A stretch of 64,000 bases of DNA from an uncultured Chloroflexia bacterium (GTDB lineage: Bacteria > Chloroflexota > Chloroflexia > QHBQ01 > JADMIH01): assembly GCA_963797095.1 (NCBI GenBank), contig CAWCNY010000007.1, forward strand, positions 32,001 to 96,000. The letters run 5' to 3'. This document shows, one piece after another, positions 1-8,972 of the stretch. How positions within the stretch are numbered: the stretch's first letter is position 1; each line of letters begins with the position of its first letter. The notes beneath the pieces were generated by a model, which did not search any database, was not told the origin of the DNA, and saw only the letters and a program-made list of their open reading frames with translations. The position numbers were made by a program, and so were the translations under genes.

Positions 1-1
1 C

Positions 2-301
2 CTGCTGAATATAAAGCCGATCCTGCAAGTGAGTGATGGGCGCATTGAGCCGATGGAGAGAGTGCGCACGCGCAAGAAGGCGATGGAAAGGCTGGTGGAA
101 CTCGGCGCGGAGATCGTGAAGGGGAAGAAGTGCCAGATCAGCGTGGGTCACGCCGAGGCCGAGGAAGACGCGAAACAGCTAACCGCCATGGCTAAGGAGA
201 AGATAAACGTAATCGAGGAGTTCACCAGCGACCTTGGCCCCGTAATCGCCACCCACACAGGCCCCGGAGTGCTGGGCTTTGTCCTCTGCCCGGTCGATTG
301 A
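2..301 (+). CDS. DegV/FakB family fatty-acid-binding protein, C-terminal part (5' end outside window)
   Basis: Frame from nt 2 reads LLNIKPIL...VRTRKKA...HA...LGPVIATHTGPGVLG, the typical DegV C-terminus. Confidence 0.9.
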   Translation: MLNIKPILQVSDGRIEPMERVRTRKKAMERLVELGAEIVKGKKCQISVGHAEAEEDAKQLTAMAKEKINVIEEFTSDLGPVIATHTGPGVLGFVLCPVD

Positions 302-355
302 CGAAAGACGAACTTGGGACATCTCGAACTTCGGATGCAGGCTTGCGGGCACTCC

Positions 356-1609
356 CTACTCCTCATAGCGAGAGAGGATTAGCACCGCGTTGTGCCCCCC
401 AAAGCCCATGCTGTTGGACATCGCGTACTGTATATCTGCGCGGCGAGGCACATTGGGGATATAGTCGAGGTCGCAATCGGGGTCGGGCACTTCCTGGTTG
501 ATCGTAGGCGGGAGCATCCCTTCCAGCAGAGCCTGGATGCAAAAGACAGCCTCCATCGCACCCGCAGCGCCCAGCATGTGCCCGGTCATGCTCTTGGTCG
601 ATGAGATCGGCACATGATAAGCGTGGTCGCCAAGAGCGCGCTTGATAGCCATCGTCTCGTACTTCTCGTTGAGTTGCGTGCTCGTGCCGTGAGCATTGAT
701 GTAGCCTATGTCTTCCGGCCGCAAGCCTGCGTCATGCAACGCATAAGACATAGCACGTGCCGCCCCTTCGCCCCCCTCGGCTGGGGCTGTGATATGAGAG
801 GCATCTGCCGTAGCGCCGTAGCCCACTACCTCGGCCAGAACTCTAGCGCCACGTGCCTGCGCGAACTCCAGGTCTTCGAGGATAACCGCCGCAGCACCCT
901 CACCGAGGACGAAGCCGTCGCGCAGCTTGTCGAAAGGGCGAGAGGCGTGTTTGGGGTCGTCGTTGCGGGTGGAGAGCGCGCGCATCGCCCCGAAAGTTGC
1001 GAGGCCAACAGTACATACGGTGGCTTCGGCGCCGCCCGCGATAATTGCCTTAGCTCGCCCCCGCCGGATGATCTCGGCGGCCTCGCCAATGGCATGAGCC
1101 GAGGAGGAGCAGGCGGAAACAATCGCGAAATTCGGCCCCTTCAGGCCCATGTGGATCGACACCTGCCCAGCCGCAAGGTCGATAAGGAGCATGGGGATAG
1201 TGAAGGGGCTGACCTTTGCCGGACCTTTATCTCGTATGGTCAGCACGGCTTCGGTGAGGCTCTCGATGCCGCCAATGCCCGAACCCATGATCACCCCAAT
1301 GTCGTTGGCGTTCTCCTCCGTGACTTGCAAGTTGGCATGGGCAGCGGCCTGCTTGCTGACGGCTACGGCGTAGTGGATGAAGCGGTCCATGCGCCGGATT
1401 TCCCTGGCGGGGATGTACTCTTCAGGATTGAAGTTCTTGATTTCGGCCCCGATCTTCGTATCGTAGAGGGAGGTGTCGAACTTGGTGATCAGATCCGCAC
1501 CCGAGCAGCCATTGAGCGCAGCCTGCCATGACGATTGCACGTCGTTCCCGATAGGAGAGACCGCTCCCAGGCCTGTTATTACTATCCTACGTCTCTCGCC
1601 ATTACCCAT
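356..1609 (-). CDS. fabF: 3-oxoacyl-ACP synthase II
   Basis: RRIVITGLGAVSPIG, SACSS (catalytic Cys), INAHGTST, STKSMTGHMLGAAG, SNSMGFGGHN. Confidence 0.97.
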   Translation of the reverse strand: MGNGERRRIVITGLGAVSPIGNDVQSSWQAALNGCSGADLITKFDTSLYDTKIGAEIKNFNPEEYIPAREIRRMDRFIHYAVAVSKQAAAHANLQVTEENANDIGVIMGSGIGGIESLTEAVLTIRDKGPAKVSPFTIPMLLIDLAAGQVSIHMGLKGPNFAIVSACSSSAHAIGEAAEIIRRGRAKAIIAGGAEATVCTVGLATFGAMRALSTRNDDPKHASRPFDKLRDGFVLGEGAAAVILEDLEFAQARGARVLAEVVGYGATADASHITAPAEGGEGAARAMSYALHDAGLRPEDIGYINAHGTSTQLNEKYETMAIKRALGDHAYHVPISSTKSMTGHMLGAAGAMEAVFCIQALLEGMLPPTINQEVPDPDCDLDYIPNVPRRADIQYAMSNSMGFGGHNAVLILSRYEE

Positions 1610-1685
1610 TTCCTATTCCTCCACTCTCGCCATCCCAATTCTCACCCAATTATATCATCTCTGACGAACATACCATCATGCCTCT

Positions 1686-1726
1686 TTACAAGATAGGCCG
1701 GTCATGCCATATAATAATAGCATGAC
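1686..1726 (+). promoter_or_regulatory. Probable sigma70 promoter for proS with a flanking dyad
   Basis: TTACAA-18 nt-TATAAT (1710-1715); GTCATGC (1701-1707)/GCATGAC (1720-1726) inverted pair around the -10. Confidence 0.45.
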
Positions 1727-1994
1727 TGCCGACAATTTGCAGGGCCTTATATACCTATCCCCTCTCTGCCCTTCCCTTCTGGGGAAGGGCTATTCCGCAC
1801 GTTAGCGCGAGCGAGCAGAGGGCATGCTCCTCGACGCGATTTTTCCTGACTGCCAAACAAGCCGATATTGACTGATGATTGTGCGCTACCAGAGCCGGTG
1901 GCGTGCCATAACGCCGACGGCTCGATCAGGGCGCGGCATACCAATCCCTACAGCGGTATTGATAAAATGGGATGGGAGATAAGAGGTAATAACT

Positions 1995-3743
1995 ATGAAA
2001 ATGAGCAGACTATTCAGCCAAACATGGCGCGAAACTCCAACTGAGATCGAGGTTGAAAGCCATCGCCTGCTGTTGCGAACGGGCTTTATCCGGCAGTTGG
2101 CGGCAGGGATATTCAGCTATTTACCACTTGCGAAGCGCTCGTTGAACAAGATCGAGCGGATCATGAAGGAGGAGATCGACGGGATCGGCGGGCAGGAGGT
2201 CGAGATGCCTGTGGTGCACCCTGCTGACCTGTGGAAGGAGACCGGTAGGTGGTACAGCATCGGCTCGGAATTGGGCAGGTTCAAGGATAAGACCGGCCGA
2301 GATATGGCCCTTGCGATGACCCACGAAGAGGTGGTGTCGGACCTGACGCGCAAGGAGATCAGAAGCTACAGGCAGCTTCCGCAGTTGATTTACCACATCC
2401 AGACCAAGTGGCGCGACGACCCCAGGCCAAGGGCAGGGTTGATCCGTGGGCGCGAATTCACCATGCTCGATAGCTATAGCCTGGATGCCGACGAAGAAGG
2501 ATTGGATAAGCAGTACAGGGCGCACTATGACGCGTACTTCCGAATCTTCGGACGGTGCGGGGTGCCTACCATAGCTGTCGGCTCAGACGTGGGGATGATG
2601 GGCGGAAGCCTGGCACACGAGTATATGTACCTCACGCCAATCGGCGAGGACACCCTGGTGCTGTGCGACCCCTGCGGCTACGCGGCCAACCGCCAGATCG
2701 CACGATTCCGAAAGCCAACTGTAGAGAAAGAAGAGCAAAAGGCGATAGAGAGGGTAGCAACGCCCGGAGTGACCACTATAGCGCGACTGGCAACGTTTCT
2801 GGCCGCGGACGCGGCGAGAACGGCGAAAGCTGTGTTCATGGTGGCAACCATCAACGAGGGGGAGAAGGAGATTCAGAAGACCGTGTTCGCGGTGGTTCGC
2901 GGGGATATGGCGGTGAATGAGACCAAGCTGGCAAATGCGGTGAAGGCAAGTGAATTGCGCCCGGCGCGAGAGGACGAGATCAGGGCCATCGGGGCGGAGC
3001 CGGGATATGGGTCGCCTGTAGGAGTGCACGATGCGCTGGTGGTCGTTGACGACCTGGTAGCCGAGTCGCCGAATCTGGTGGCGGGGGCCAACGATGTCGG
3101 GTATCACTTGCTGAACGTCAATTACGGGCGGGATTATCAAGCGGATATCGTGGCGGATCTCGCTCTGGCGCAAGAGGGCGATAAGTGCGTAGAGTGTGGC
3201 GAACCGTTGAGGCTGGTAAACGGCGTAGAGGTTGGCAACATCTTCAAGCTGGGCACTCGATACAGCGCGGATATGGGCTGCACCTACCTCGACAGAGACG
3301 GCGAGTCGCGCCTGGTGGTGATGGGGTCCTACGGGATCGGCACCACGCGCCTGCTGGCCTGCGTGGCAGAAGAGCACCACGACGAACGGGGGCTAACATG
3401 GCCGATCTCGGTCGCCCCATATGAGGTGCATCTGGTATCGCTGGCCGGAGAAGGCACGCAAGGCGACGAAGTGCGTAAAGCCGCCGGCACTCTCTATGCC
3501 GCGCTACAGGCCGCCAATATCGAAGTCCTCTACGACGACCGCGACGCTACTCCCGGCGTAAAGTTCAACGACGCAGACCTGATCGGGCTGCCGCTGAGGG
3601 TCACTGTCAGCGCGCGGTCGCTACGGAACGGTGGTGTAGAGGTAAAGCGTCGGAAAAACGACAAGCTGGATATTGTCTCCGTAGTCGATGCTTGCCTCGC
3701 CGTGAAGACGATTTTGCGCGAAATGTGGAGTTCACCAGGCTAA
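1995..3743 (+). CDS. proS: Proline--tRNA ligase, bacterial type with editing insertion
   Basis: SHRLLLRTGFIRQ, THEE, KWRDDPRPRAGLIRGREF, GVEVGNIFKLG, MGSYGIG, DDRD...GVKFNDADLIG. Confidence 0.97.
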   Translation: MKMSRLFSQTWRETPTEIEVESHRLLLRTGFIRQLAAGIFSYLPLAKRSLNKIERIMKEEIDGIGGQEVEMPVVHPADLWKETGRWYSIGSELGRFKDKTGRDMALAMTHEEVVSDLTRKEIRSYRQLPQLIYHIQTKWRDDPRPRAGLIRGREFTMLDSYSLDADEEGLDKQYRAHYDAYFRIFGRCGVPTIAVGSDVGMMGGSLAHEYMYLTPIGEDTLVLCDPCGYAANRQIARFRKPTVEKEEQKAIERVATPGVTTIARLATFLAADAARTAKAVFMVATINEGEKEIQKTVFAVVRGDMAVNETKLANAVKASELRPAREDEIRAIGAEPGYGSPVGVHDALVVVDDLVAESPNLVAGANDVGYHLLNVNYGRDYQADIVADLALAQEGDKCVECGEPLRLVNGVEVGNIFKLGTRYSADMGCTYLDRDGESRLVVMGSYGIGTTRLLACVAEEHHDERGLTWPISVAPYEVHLVSLAGEGTQGDEVRKAAGTLYAALQAANIEVLYDDRDATPGVKFNDADLIGLPLRVTVSARSLRNGGVEVKRRKNDKLDIVSVVDACLAVKTILREMWSSPG

Positions 3744-3783
3744 CAAGTAGAATCGTGGTTATCAGGGGCGCACCACAAACAGC

Positions 3784-4209
3784 CTAGGCCGGAGGAGGTG
3801 CGGCCCCGGCGAGTTGTTGCGTGAGACCCAGCATGTCCAATTCAGACCATAGCTCCGCGATCTTGCCACCCTCGATACGATAAACGTGCATCTCAGTCCA
3901 GGTCACAGGCTTGCCCGTAGGGGGGATGCCTGCGAAATCACCTTTGCTCGTGGCATGGGCCGTGATGCGCTCCACAACTTTGTCTCCGTCGGCCAGCAGG
4001 TCCTCGACCGTCACATGCACGTCCGGGAAGGCCGAGGAAACTAGCGCCCCAACCTGCTTCATCCCTTCGCGGCCCGGGGCCAGGCCAGGGATCGGAAGGT
4101 GGTACACAAAGTCGGGTGTAAATAGCTCATCAACTATTGCATGGTTCCCCTTATTCTTGAATTCTTCCGAAAAGTGGCGGACGACCGATTTATTCTCTGT
4201 TGGGGTCAT
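3784..4209 (-). CDS. SnoaL-like ester cyclase (NTF2 fold)
   Basis: ENKSVVR...AFPDVHVTVEDLLADGDKV...GIPPTGKPV...GKIAELW. Confidence 0.88.
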   Translation of the reverse strand: MTPTENKSVVRHFSEEFKNKGNHAIVDELFTPDFVYHLPIPGLAPGREGMKQVGALVSSAFPDVHVTVEDLLADGDKVVERITAHATSKGDFAGIPPTGKPVTWTEMHVYRIEGGKIAELWSELDMLGLTQQLAGAAPPPA

Positions 4210-4233
4210 GAAAAGGTCCTCACATCTTTATTA

Positions 4234-4707
4234 TCAGGCCATGATGGTTGCCAGGGGATCAGGTCCAGGGTCGCGACCCTCGGCTATCGCCAGCAGCCGT
4301 GGCAGATAGTGATCCCAGCCTGCGCCCTGGTGGTCGCGCTCATGGTCAGGCAGATCCAGATGGCGCAAGCGCAGGATTGTCCCATCGCCATCTTCCGAAA
4401 GGGTGATCTCGACAGTGCTTGCCCCTGTCCGCACGGGCGCTCCCGCTCCTTCCCAACCCCACGTGAATGCTACACGCTTGTTGGGAGTCACTTCCACAAA
4501 GCGCCCACTTACGATCACAAAGCGCCCACTTACGATGTCGTGCTCATTGATGACGACCCGATAGATCCCACCGGGCTGCGGCTCGAGAAGAGCCTCCACA
4601 CCCATCCAGCGCAGCATCTTCTCAGGCTCTACCAGGAAGGCGAATACCTTCCCAGACCGGGCTGCAATGCGTACCTCACGCTCGACAATGTTGCTATCCC
4701 CGATCAC
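4234..4707 (-). CDS. SRPBCC/AHSA1-like protein
   Basis: REVRIAA...VF...W.G...GRFVEV.P..RVAFTW...LRLRH...GWDHYL; in an ArsR operon. Confidence 0.85.
   Translation of the reverse strand: MIGDSNIVEREVRIAARSGKVFAFLVEPEKMLRWMGVEALLEPQPGGIYRVVINEHDIVSGRFVIVSGRFVEVTPNKRVAFTWGWEGAGAPVRTGASTVEITLSEDGDGTILRLRHLDLPDHERDHQGAGWDHYLPRLLAIAEGRDPGPDPLATIMA
4495..4536. repeat. Exact 21-nt tandem duplication inside the SRPBCC gene
   Basis: CACAAAGCGCCCACTTACGAT x2, giving IVSGRFV-IVSGRFV. Confidence 0.95.
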
Positions 4708-5020
4708 TTCTTTCCTCGCGTTTGCGTTCTTCAGCTTCCGCCGCTAGCTTGAGCAGTTCCGGCCTGACGGGCCAGAACCCCTCCAGGAAGTCACGAAGTT
4801 CTGCCAACCCTTCCGGTCGTGCCCTGTAAAGGTGGCGCGTTCCCTCCTTGCGGAGGCTAACCAGGCCCGCGTCGGCGAGCACTTTCAGGTGTTGCGAGAT
4901 GGCCGGACGTGTAACATTGAAATGCGAGGCGATCTCGCCGGAGCTAAGCTCTTCGACCTGGACAAGCCGCAAGATCTCCCGGCGGTGAGGTTCGGCAATA
5001 GCATCGAGCACTGCATCCAT
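4694..5020 (-). CDS. ArsR/SmtB family transcriptional regulator
   Basis: AIAEPHRREILRL...GEIA..F.VTRPAISQHLKVL.DAGLV..RKEG. Confidence 0.93.
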   Translation of the reverse strand: MDAVLDAIAEPHRREILRLVQVEELSSGEIASHFNVTRPAISQHLKVLADAGLVSLRKEGTRHLYRARPEGLAELRDFLEGFWPVRPELLKLAAEAEERKREERSDRG

Positions 5021-5029
5021 GACAGTGTT

Positions 5030-5058
5030 ATTTTAGCATATACTTACGTAAGTGTCAA
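5030..5058 (-). promoter_or_regulatory. sigma70 promoter of the arsR-SRPBCC-snoaL operon with a palindromic operator in the spacer
   Basis: Minus strand TTGACA-17-TAAAAT; ACTTACGTAAGT palindrome at 5042-5053; -10 lies 9 nt from the ATG (near-leaderless). Confidence 0.75.
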
Positions 5059-5160
5059 CTAATATATTGGGCAAATCCTGACCAGAAATCCTGACCAACT
5101 TCATATCACAAACATGGGCATTCCAAATTTTAGATGCAGGTTCGCGTATGTAAGATCCGT

Positions 5161-5213
5161 TTCTAAAAAGAGCGAAAATGGCGGCTCTGCTTCCATTTTC
5201 GCTCTTTTTAGAA
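5161..5213. terminator. Long perfect hairpin, likely terminator of the padR operon
   Basis: TTCTAAAAAGAGCGAAAATGG (5161-5181)/CCATTTTCGCTCTTTTTAGAA (5193-5213), 21-bp arms. Confidence 0.6.
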
Positions 5214-5251
5214 TTACCTCTCCCAAATTTGGGAGGTTCTAAGAGACAGCT

Positions 5252-6091
5252 TTACCCGACCGAAGCCGGGCCTACTTGCCGCGCTGCGCTCCCGCGCCTG
5301 CCCCAGAGCGCGCTTCCCAACAAGAAGAACCCTGCCAGGAACAGTACAATCGCCGACATAAAGAGCACAATCAGGGTCGTGCCTATCGCCCCCTCGTTGA
5401 TATCCGGCACAAAGATCGACAAAGCAATTACGGCCAACCCACCTATGCCGCCCGCGACTATAGGTATAACGGCCATAGCCGCCAGTATATGGTGGCGCGC
5501 GCCTGCGATAGCGAAAAGCGTCATCCCCACAAATAGCCCGATCAACCCAAGCATCAGCAATGTCCACCAACCCGAGATGTCTGCTCCCACCGTCTCCATC
5601 ACCGATCCTATAGAGCCGGTTGTAAGACCGATCAGCCCGGTAAGAGCTACCAGCAGAGCAACCTGGCCCAGGCCACCGGAGCGCCTGGCATAGGCGAACC
5701 CGAAGCCTGCAACACCCACCAGCATGAGTATTGAACCGACCAGCAAAAGCGCAGATGCCACGACATCTTCCGCGCCATATGTATAAGGGTAATCATCATC
5801 GGAAAACACGCTCGATCCGATCATGCCAAGCAGGAGAAGCACACTGCCAACCATAGCGGCCATCCCGCCCCACTGGGTAAAAGTTGCCCTGTTCATAAAT
5901 AGCCTCCTCTCCGCGCTCACACCCGTGGCCGTCAGTTGCGGCCTCAGGTGAGCATCCAACGCCCCAAGCGCCACGTCCGCCACATCCAGAAGCGATGTGT
6001 GACTTTGCTCAAGGAGCGCCGTGAATTCGTCTTCATACCTCGCCCGCCATTCGCGGGGATACAATCGCAGGAGGAAAGTTTCCAGTTTCAT
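5252..6091 (-). CDS. PadR-associated multi-pass membrane protein
   Basis: N-terminal LLRLYPREWRARYEDEF motif typical of PadR-partner proteins, then about 6 hydrophobic segments; overlaps padR stop. Confidence 0.75.
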   Translation of the reverse strand: MKLETFLLRLYPREWRARYEDEFTALLEQSHTSLLDVADVALGALDAHLRPQLTATGVSAERRLFMNRATFTQWGGMAAMVGSVLLLLGMIGSSVFSDDDYPYTYGAEDVVASALLLVGSILMLVGVAGFGFAYARRSGGLGQVALLVALTGLIGLTTGSIGSVMETVGADISGWWTLLMLGLIGLFVGMTLFAIAGARHHILAAMAVIPIVAGGIGGLAVIALSIFVPDINEGAIGTTLIVLFMSAIVLFLAGFFLLGSALWGRRGSAARQVGPASVG

Positions 6092-6414
6092 AGGGTCGCC
6101 AGCCTTTGCAAACCTGCCGTGGCGAAGTCGCGCATCGTACTGAGTTGCTCTCGCATAGCCGAAGCCCCCGCGCCCGTAAGCTTGTAGGGCCGCCTGCGGT
6201 CGTCGCTAGCGAGCGACTCGATCCAGCCGCGCTTTTCGAGCCGTGCCAATGCCCCGTAGAGCGTTCCCGGACCAAGACGCAGCCCGCTCAATTGCTCTAT
6301 ATCTTCGATCATGGCATAGCCATGCTTATCGCCACCCGCCAGGCTCACCAGGATCAACAAAGCAGGTTCGGTAAAGCGCCCCAACTCGGACAGATCATTG
6401 CCGGTCGTACCCAT
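6088..6414 (-). CDS. PadR family transcriptional regulator
   Basis: LLILVSL...HGYAM...GPGTLYGALARLE..GWI...RRPYKLT; ATG 6414 follows GGAGG. Confidence 0.92.
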   Translation of the reverse strand: MGTTGNDLSELGRFTEPALLILVSLAGGDKHGYAMIEDIEQLSGLRLGPGTLYGALARLEKRGWIESLASDDRRRPYKLTGAGASAMREQLSTMRDFATAGLQRLATL

Positions 6415-6433
6415 GCCTCTATACCTCCACACA

Positions 6434-6495
6434 ACTATTACGTTTCACGATATATCGTCTGGCGTAATAGTAGCACAGAACAAAAGGCTTGTCAA
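6434..6495 (-). promoter_or_regulatory. padR promoter with overlapping extended dyad operator
   Basis: Minus strand TTGACA-17-TACTAT (6495..6467); dyad ACTATTACG-N4-ACGATATATCGT-N4-CGTAATAGT at 6434-6471. Confidence 0.75.
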
Positions 6496-6606
6496 TACCC
6501 ATTTTGGAGAGATAGTACGCCCTCTGATCAACCTTCCGAGATCCGGATCGCTGACTGTACTAAATTACATGTAATCACCCTACACCTGCCACATCCCCGC
6601 CACAAT

Positions 6607-6690
6607 AGGAGCGGCATTGAAGGAGCGGCATTGAAGGAGCGGCATTGAAGGAGCGGCATTGAAGGAGCGGCATTGAAGGAGCGGCATTGA
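6607..6690. repeat. 14-nt perfect tandem repeat x6
   Basis: AGGAGCGGCATTGA x6, no spacers. Confidence 0.97.
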
Positions 6691-6763
6691 GGAACAGGCT
6701 AGGTCGCAACGCAACAAAACAGGTCGAGAAAGGACTACAGATGTAATGACAAAACCCGATGTA

Positions 6764-7546
6764 CTAGCTCCCACCAGCCTCGGCAGAGCATATAAGGTGC
6801 TCGCGGATGCGGTCGATATCGCCCTGCGGCACCCCTATCGCCTTCAGGTAACCTTCCACGCCGCCGTACTTTTGGTCCAGATGCTCAAGCGTGCCCTGCA
6901 TAGTCTCAGGGCGCGAGTACATCCACCTGGGCCTCTCCACGGGTTGCCCTTGCACCTGGGCTTGCTCCTCCAGCCATGCGGAATAGGCAGGTTCCAGTTG
7001 GGCCTCGCTGATCGCATAATCTTCGGCTATCATCCGGCGCGGCACACCGGCCAGCGACAACAGCAAGGCCACCACGATCCCGGTGCGGTCTTTGCCCCCA
7101 TGACAATGCACCAGCACCCCACCCTTCTCCAGGGCTTCCGCCACGGCCTTGATTATCGCGGCCACACGCGGCTTATTAGCCTCCAGGATGATGATGTAAT
7201 CTTCCTGCATCGTAGAGGCGGCATCCATAGCCTCGATAGTCGCGGGGTCGTGCATGGGCAGGTTCACATAGCGCGGCCTGTCGTCCGTCCCCTGCTGGGC
7301 GGCAAAGGGGTTGGGGTGCCTTTCCAGTTCGCGCTCCATGCGCAGGTCGATGATGGTGCATACCCCATAATCGCACAAAGCCGACTCCCCTTCGGGCGTA
7401 AGACGGTGCAGATTGTCGGCGCGGACGAGGGTACGCCAGCGTATACGCTTCCCATCCTCGGTTGGATAGCCTCCAACCTCACGAACATTCAAACAGTCGG
7501 TCCATGCCAGGTAACGGTTTTGTTGGTCTTCTTGCGTCATACTCAC
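6764..7546 (-). CDS. Tyrosine/dual-specificity protein phosphatase (PtpB/IphP-like)
   Basis: NVREVGGY, IIDLR...E, P-loop HCHGGKDRTG, DYAIS. Confidence 0.9.
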   Translation of the reverse strand: MSMTQEDQQNRYLAWTDCLNVREVGGYPTEDGKRIRWRTLVRADNLHRLTPEGESALCDYGVCTIIDLRMERELERHPNPFAAQQGTDDRPRYVNLPMHDPATIEAMDAASTMQEDYIIILEANKPRVAAIIKAVAEALEKGGVLVHCHGGKDRTGIVVALLLSLAGVPRRMIAEDYAISEAQLEPAYSAWLEEQAQVQGQPVERPRWMYSRPETMQGTLEHLDQKYGGVEGYLKAIGVPQGDIDRIREHLICSAEAGGS

Positions 7547-7573
7547 ATTATTCTCACTTATAACTCTACAAAT

Positions 7574-8335
7574 TTAGGCTGGGGCGGAGAGCAGCTTTTC
7601 CAGGTTGCGCAGGCTGCGCTCGGTATCGGCAAGCGGCTCATTAGGGTGATCTTGCTCCACAATGTACCATTCCGCGCCCGCCGCAGCACACGCTTCGAGC
7701 ACGGCAGGCCAATCGAATATGCCTTCACCCACGGGCGCATCCCTGGGCGTTTCGCCCGCCGTCATATCTTTTACGTGCACCAGGGGCACGCGCCCGGTCA
7801 AGCGTCGGAGCATCGCCAGCGGGTCGACACCTGCGTAGCGCACCCAGTACAGATCAAGCTCGAAGGCCATAAGGCCAGGGTCCATCTTAGCCAGCAAAAC
7901 ATCGTAAACCGTGGTGTCGCCCAGCGGTGCGAATTCGAAGGCATGGTTGTGGTAGGCAAATTTAAGCCCATCGTCCCGGCACATTTTGCCTATGCGTGTA
8001 AACGTATCCACCACCTGATCCATTTGTTCGACGCCCTGCCTGCGCTCTTCTCTCAGGTGGGGCACAACCACATAAGTGCAGCCCAACGCCTTCAGGTCGG
8101 CCAGCACCTGCCCTGGGTTGGCCTCCAAGTCGTCCAGCCCGACATGCGCGGCTATGGCCTGTACACCAAGGTTGTCCAGAGCGGCACGCAAATCGGGGAC
8201 GGTCACGCCCCCAAACCCGGCAAACTCAACAGCTTTGTAGCCCTGCTGCGCGACCTGGGCCAGCGTGCCCACCATATCGAGGGCTGTATGCGAGCGAACG
8301 GTATACAATTGCAGCGCGATTCTATCCTTATTCAA
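7574..8335 (-). CDS. Sugar phosphate isomerase/epimerase (xylose-isomerase-like TIM barrel)
   Basis: LQLYTVR, YHNHAFEF, FELDLYW, HVKD, VGEG..DW, IVEQD. Confidence 0.9.
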   Translation of the reverse strand: MNKDRIALQLYTVRSHTALDMVGTLAQVAQQGYKAVEFAGFGGVTVPDLRAALDNLGVQAIAAHVGLDDLEANPGQVLADLKALGCTYVVVPHLREERRQGVEQMDQVVDTFTRIGKMCRDDGLKFAYHNHAFEFAPLGDTTVYDVLLAKMDPGLMAFELDLYWVRYAGVDPLAMLRRLTGRVPLVHVKDMTAGETPRDAPVGEGIFDWPAVLEACAAAGAEWYIVEQDHPNEPLADTERSLRNLEKLLSAPA

Positions 8336-8359
8336 TGCAATCCTCCTCGGATCTATGCT

Positions 8360-8972
8360 CTAAGCGGTCTGATCAATCGATATAGGGTTTTCCGCGGGCA
8401 GCGGTTCAGGGCGGGTGCAGGTGCTGGTCATCTCGATCTGCCGCCCCTGCTCGGAGGCATCGTGGATGGCATGCATAATGTCAAGCACGTGGTAGGCAAG
8501 CTCACCGTTGGCCCGGTGTGGTTTGCCCGTCCTCAGAGCTTCGGCGAGGTCGGCGGCGACCAAGCCACGGATGTTGTCGGTGTGCCCGTGCGTCAGCGGT
8601 ATTTCCTCCCATTGGCCTGCACCCACCCGTCTCAGGCGCGCCGGGCCTCCAAAGGTATTGGGGTCGGGGAGGCTGAGGGTACCTTCACCACCACAGATTT
8701 CGATGCGTGGCACCTCGGCAGCCCACACGTCGAAGCTTGTGACCAGTGTCGCGACAGGGCCACCTTCAAAATCGAGCACCGAGGCTACGTGCGTGGGTGT
8801 TTCCACCTCGATAATCGCGCCTCGCTTAAGCTCGCTGCCGATTATGCGCTCCGGGAAGCTGATGCGAGCGGAACCGGTAACGCGCCGCACGGCTGTTGGC
8901 CGTGTGCACAGTCACCAGCTTGGTGGTGCAGGCCGCCGCCCAGGAAGGTGTCGGGAGCGCACCCCACCCGCA
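8360..8972 (-). pseudogene. Truncated Gfo/Idh/MocA oxidoreductase remnant
   Basis: RVGCAPDTFLGGGL fragment (about 8972-8928), then in another frame VRRVTGS...TSFDVW...[11 protein letters not shown]...LAYHVLDIM; NAD-binding N-terminus and a central block are absent. Confidence 0.85.

Noticed and set aside
1716-1994. T-box upstream of proS
   Set aside because: No T-box consensus, AG/GNUG boxes or U-tailed terminator found, unlike the clear tyrS case.
6607-6690. CRISPR array
   Set aside because: Units are contiguous 14-mers with no spacers, and no cas genes are in the window.
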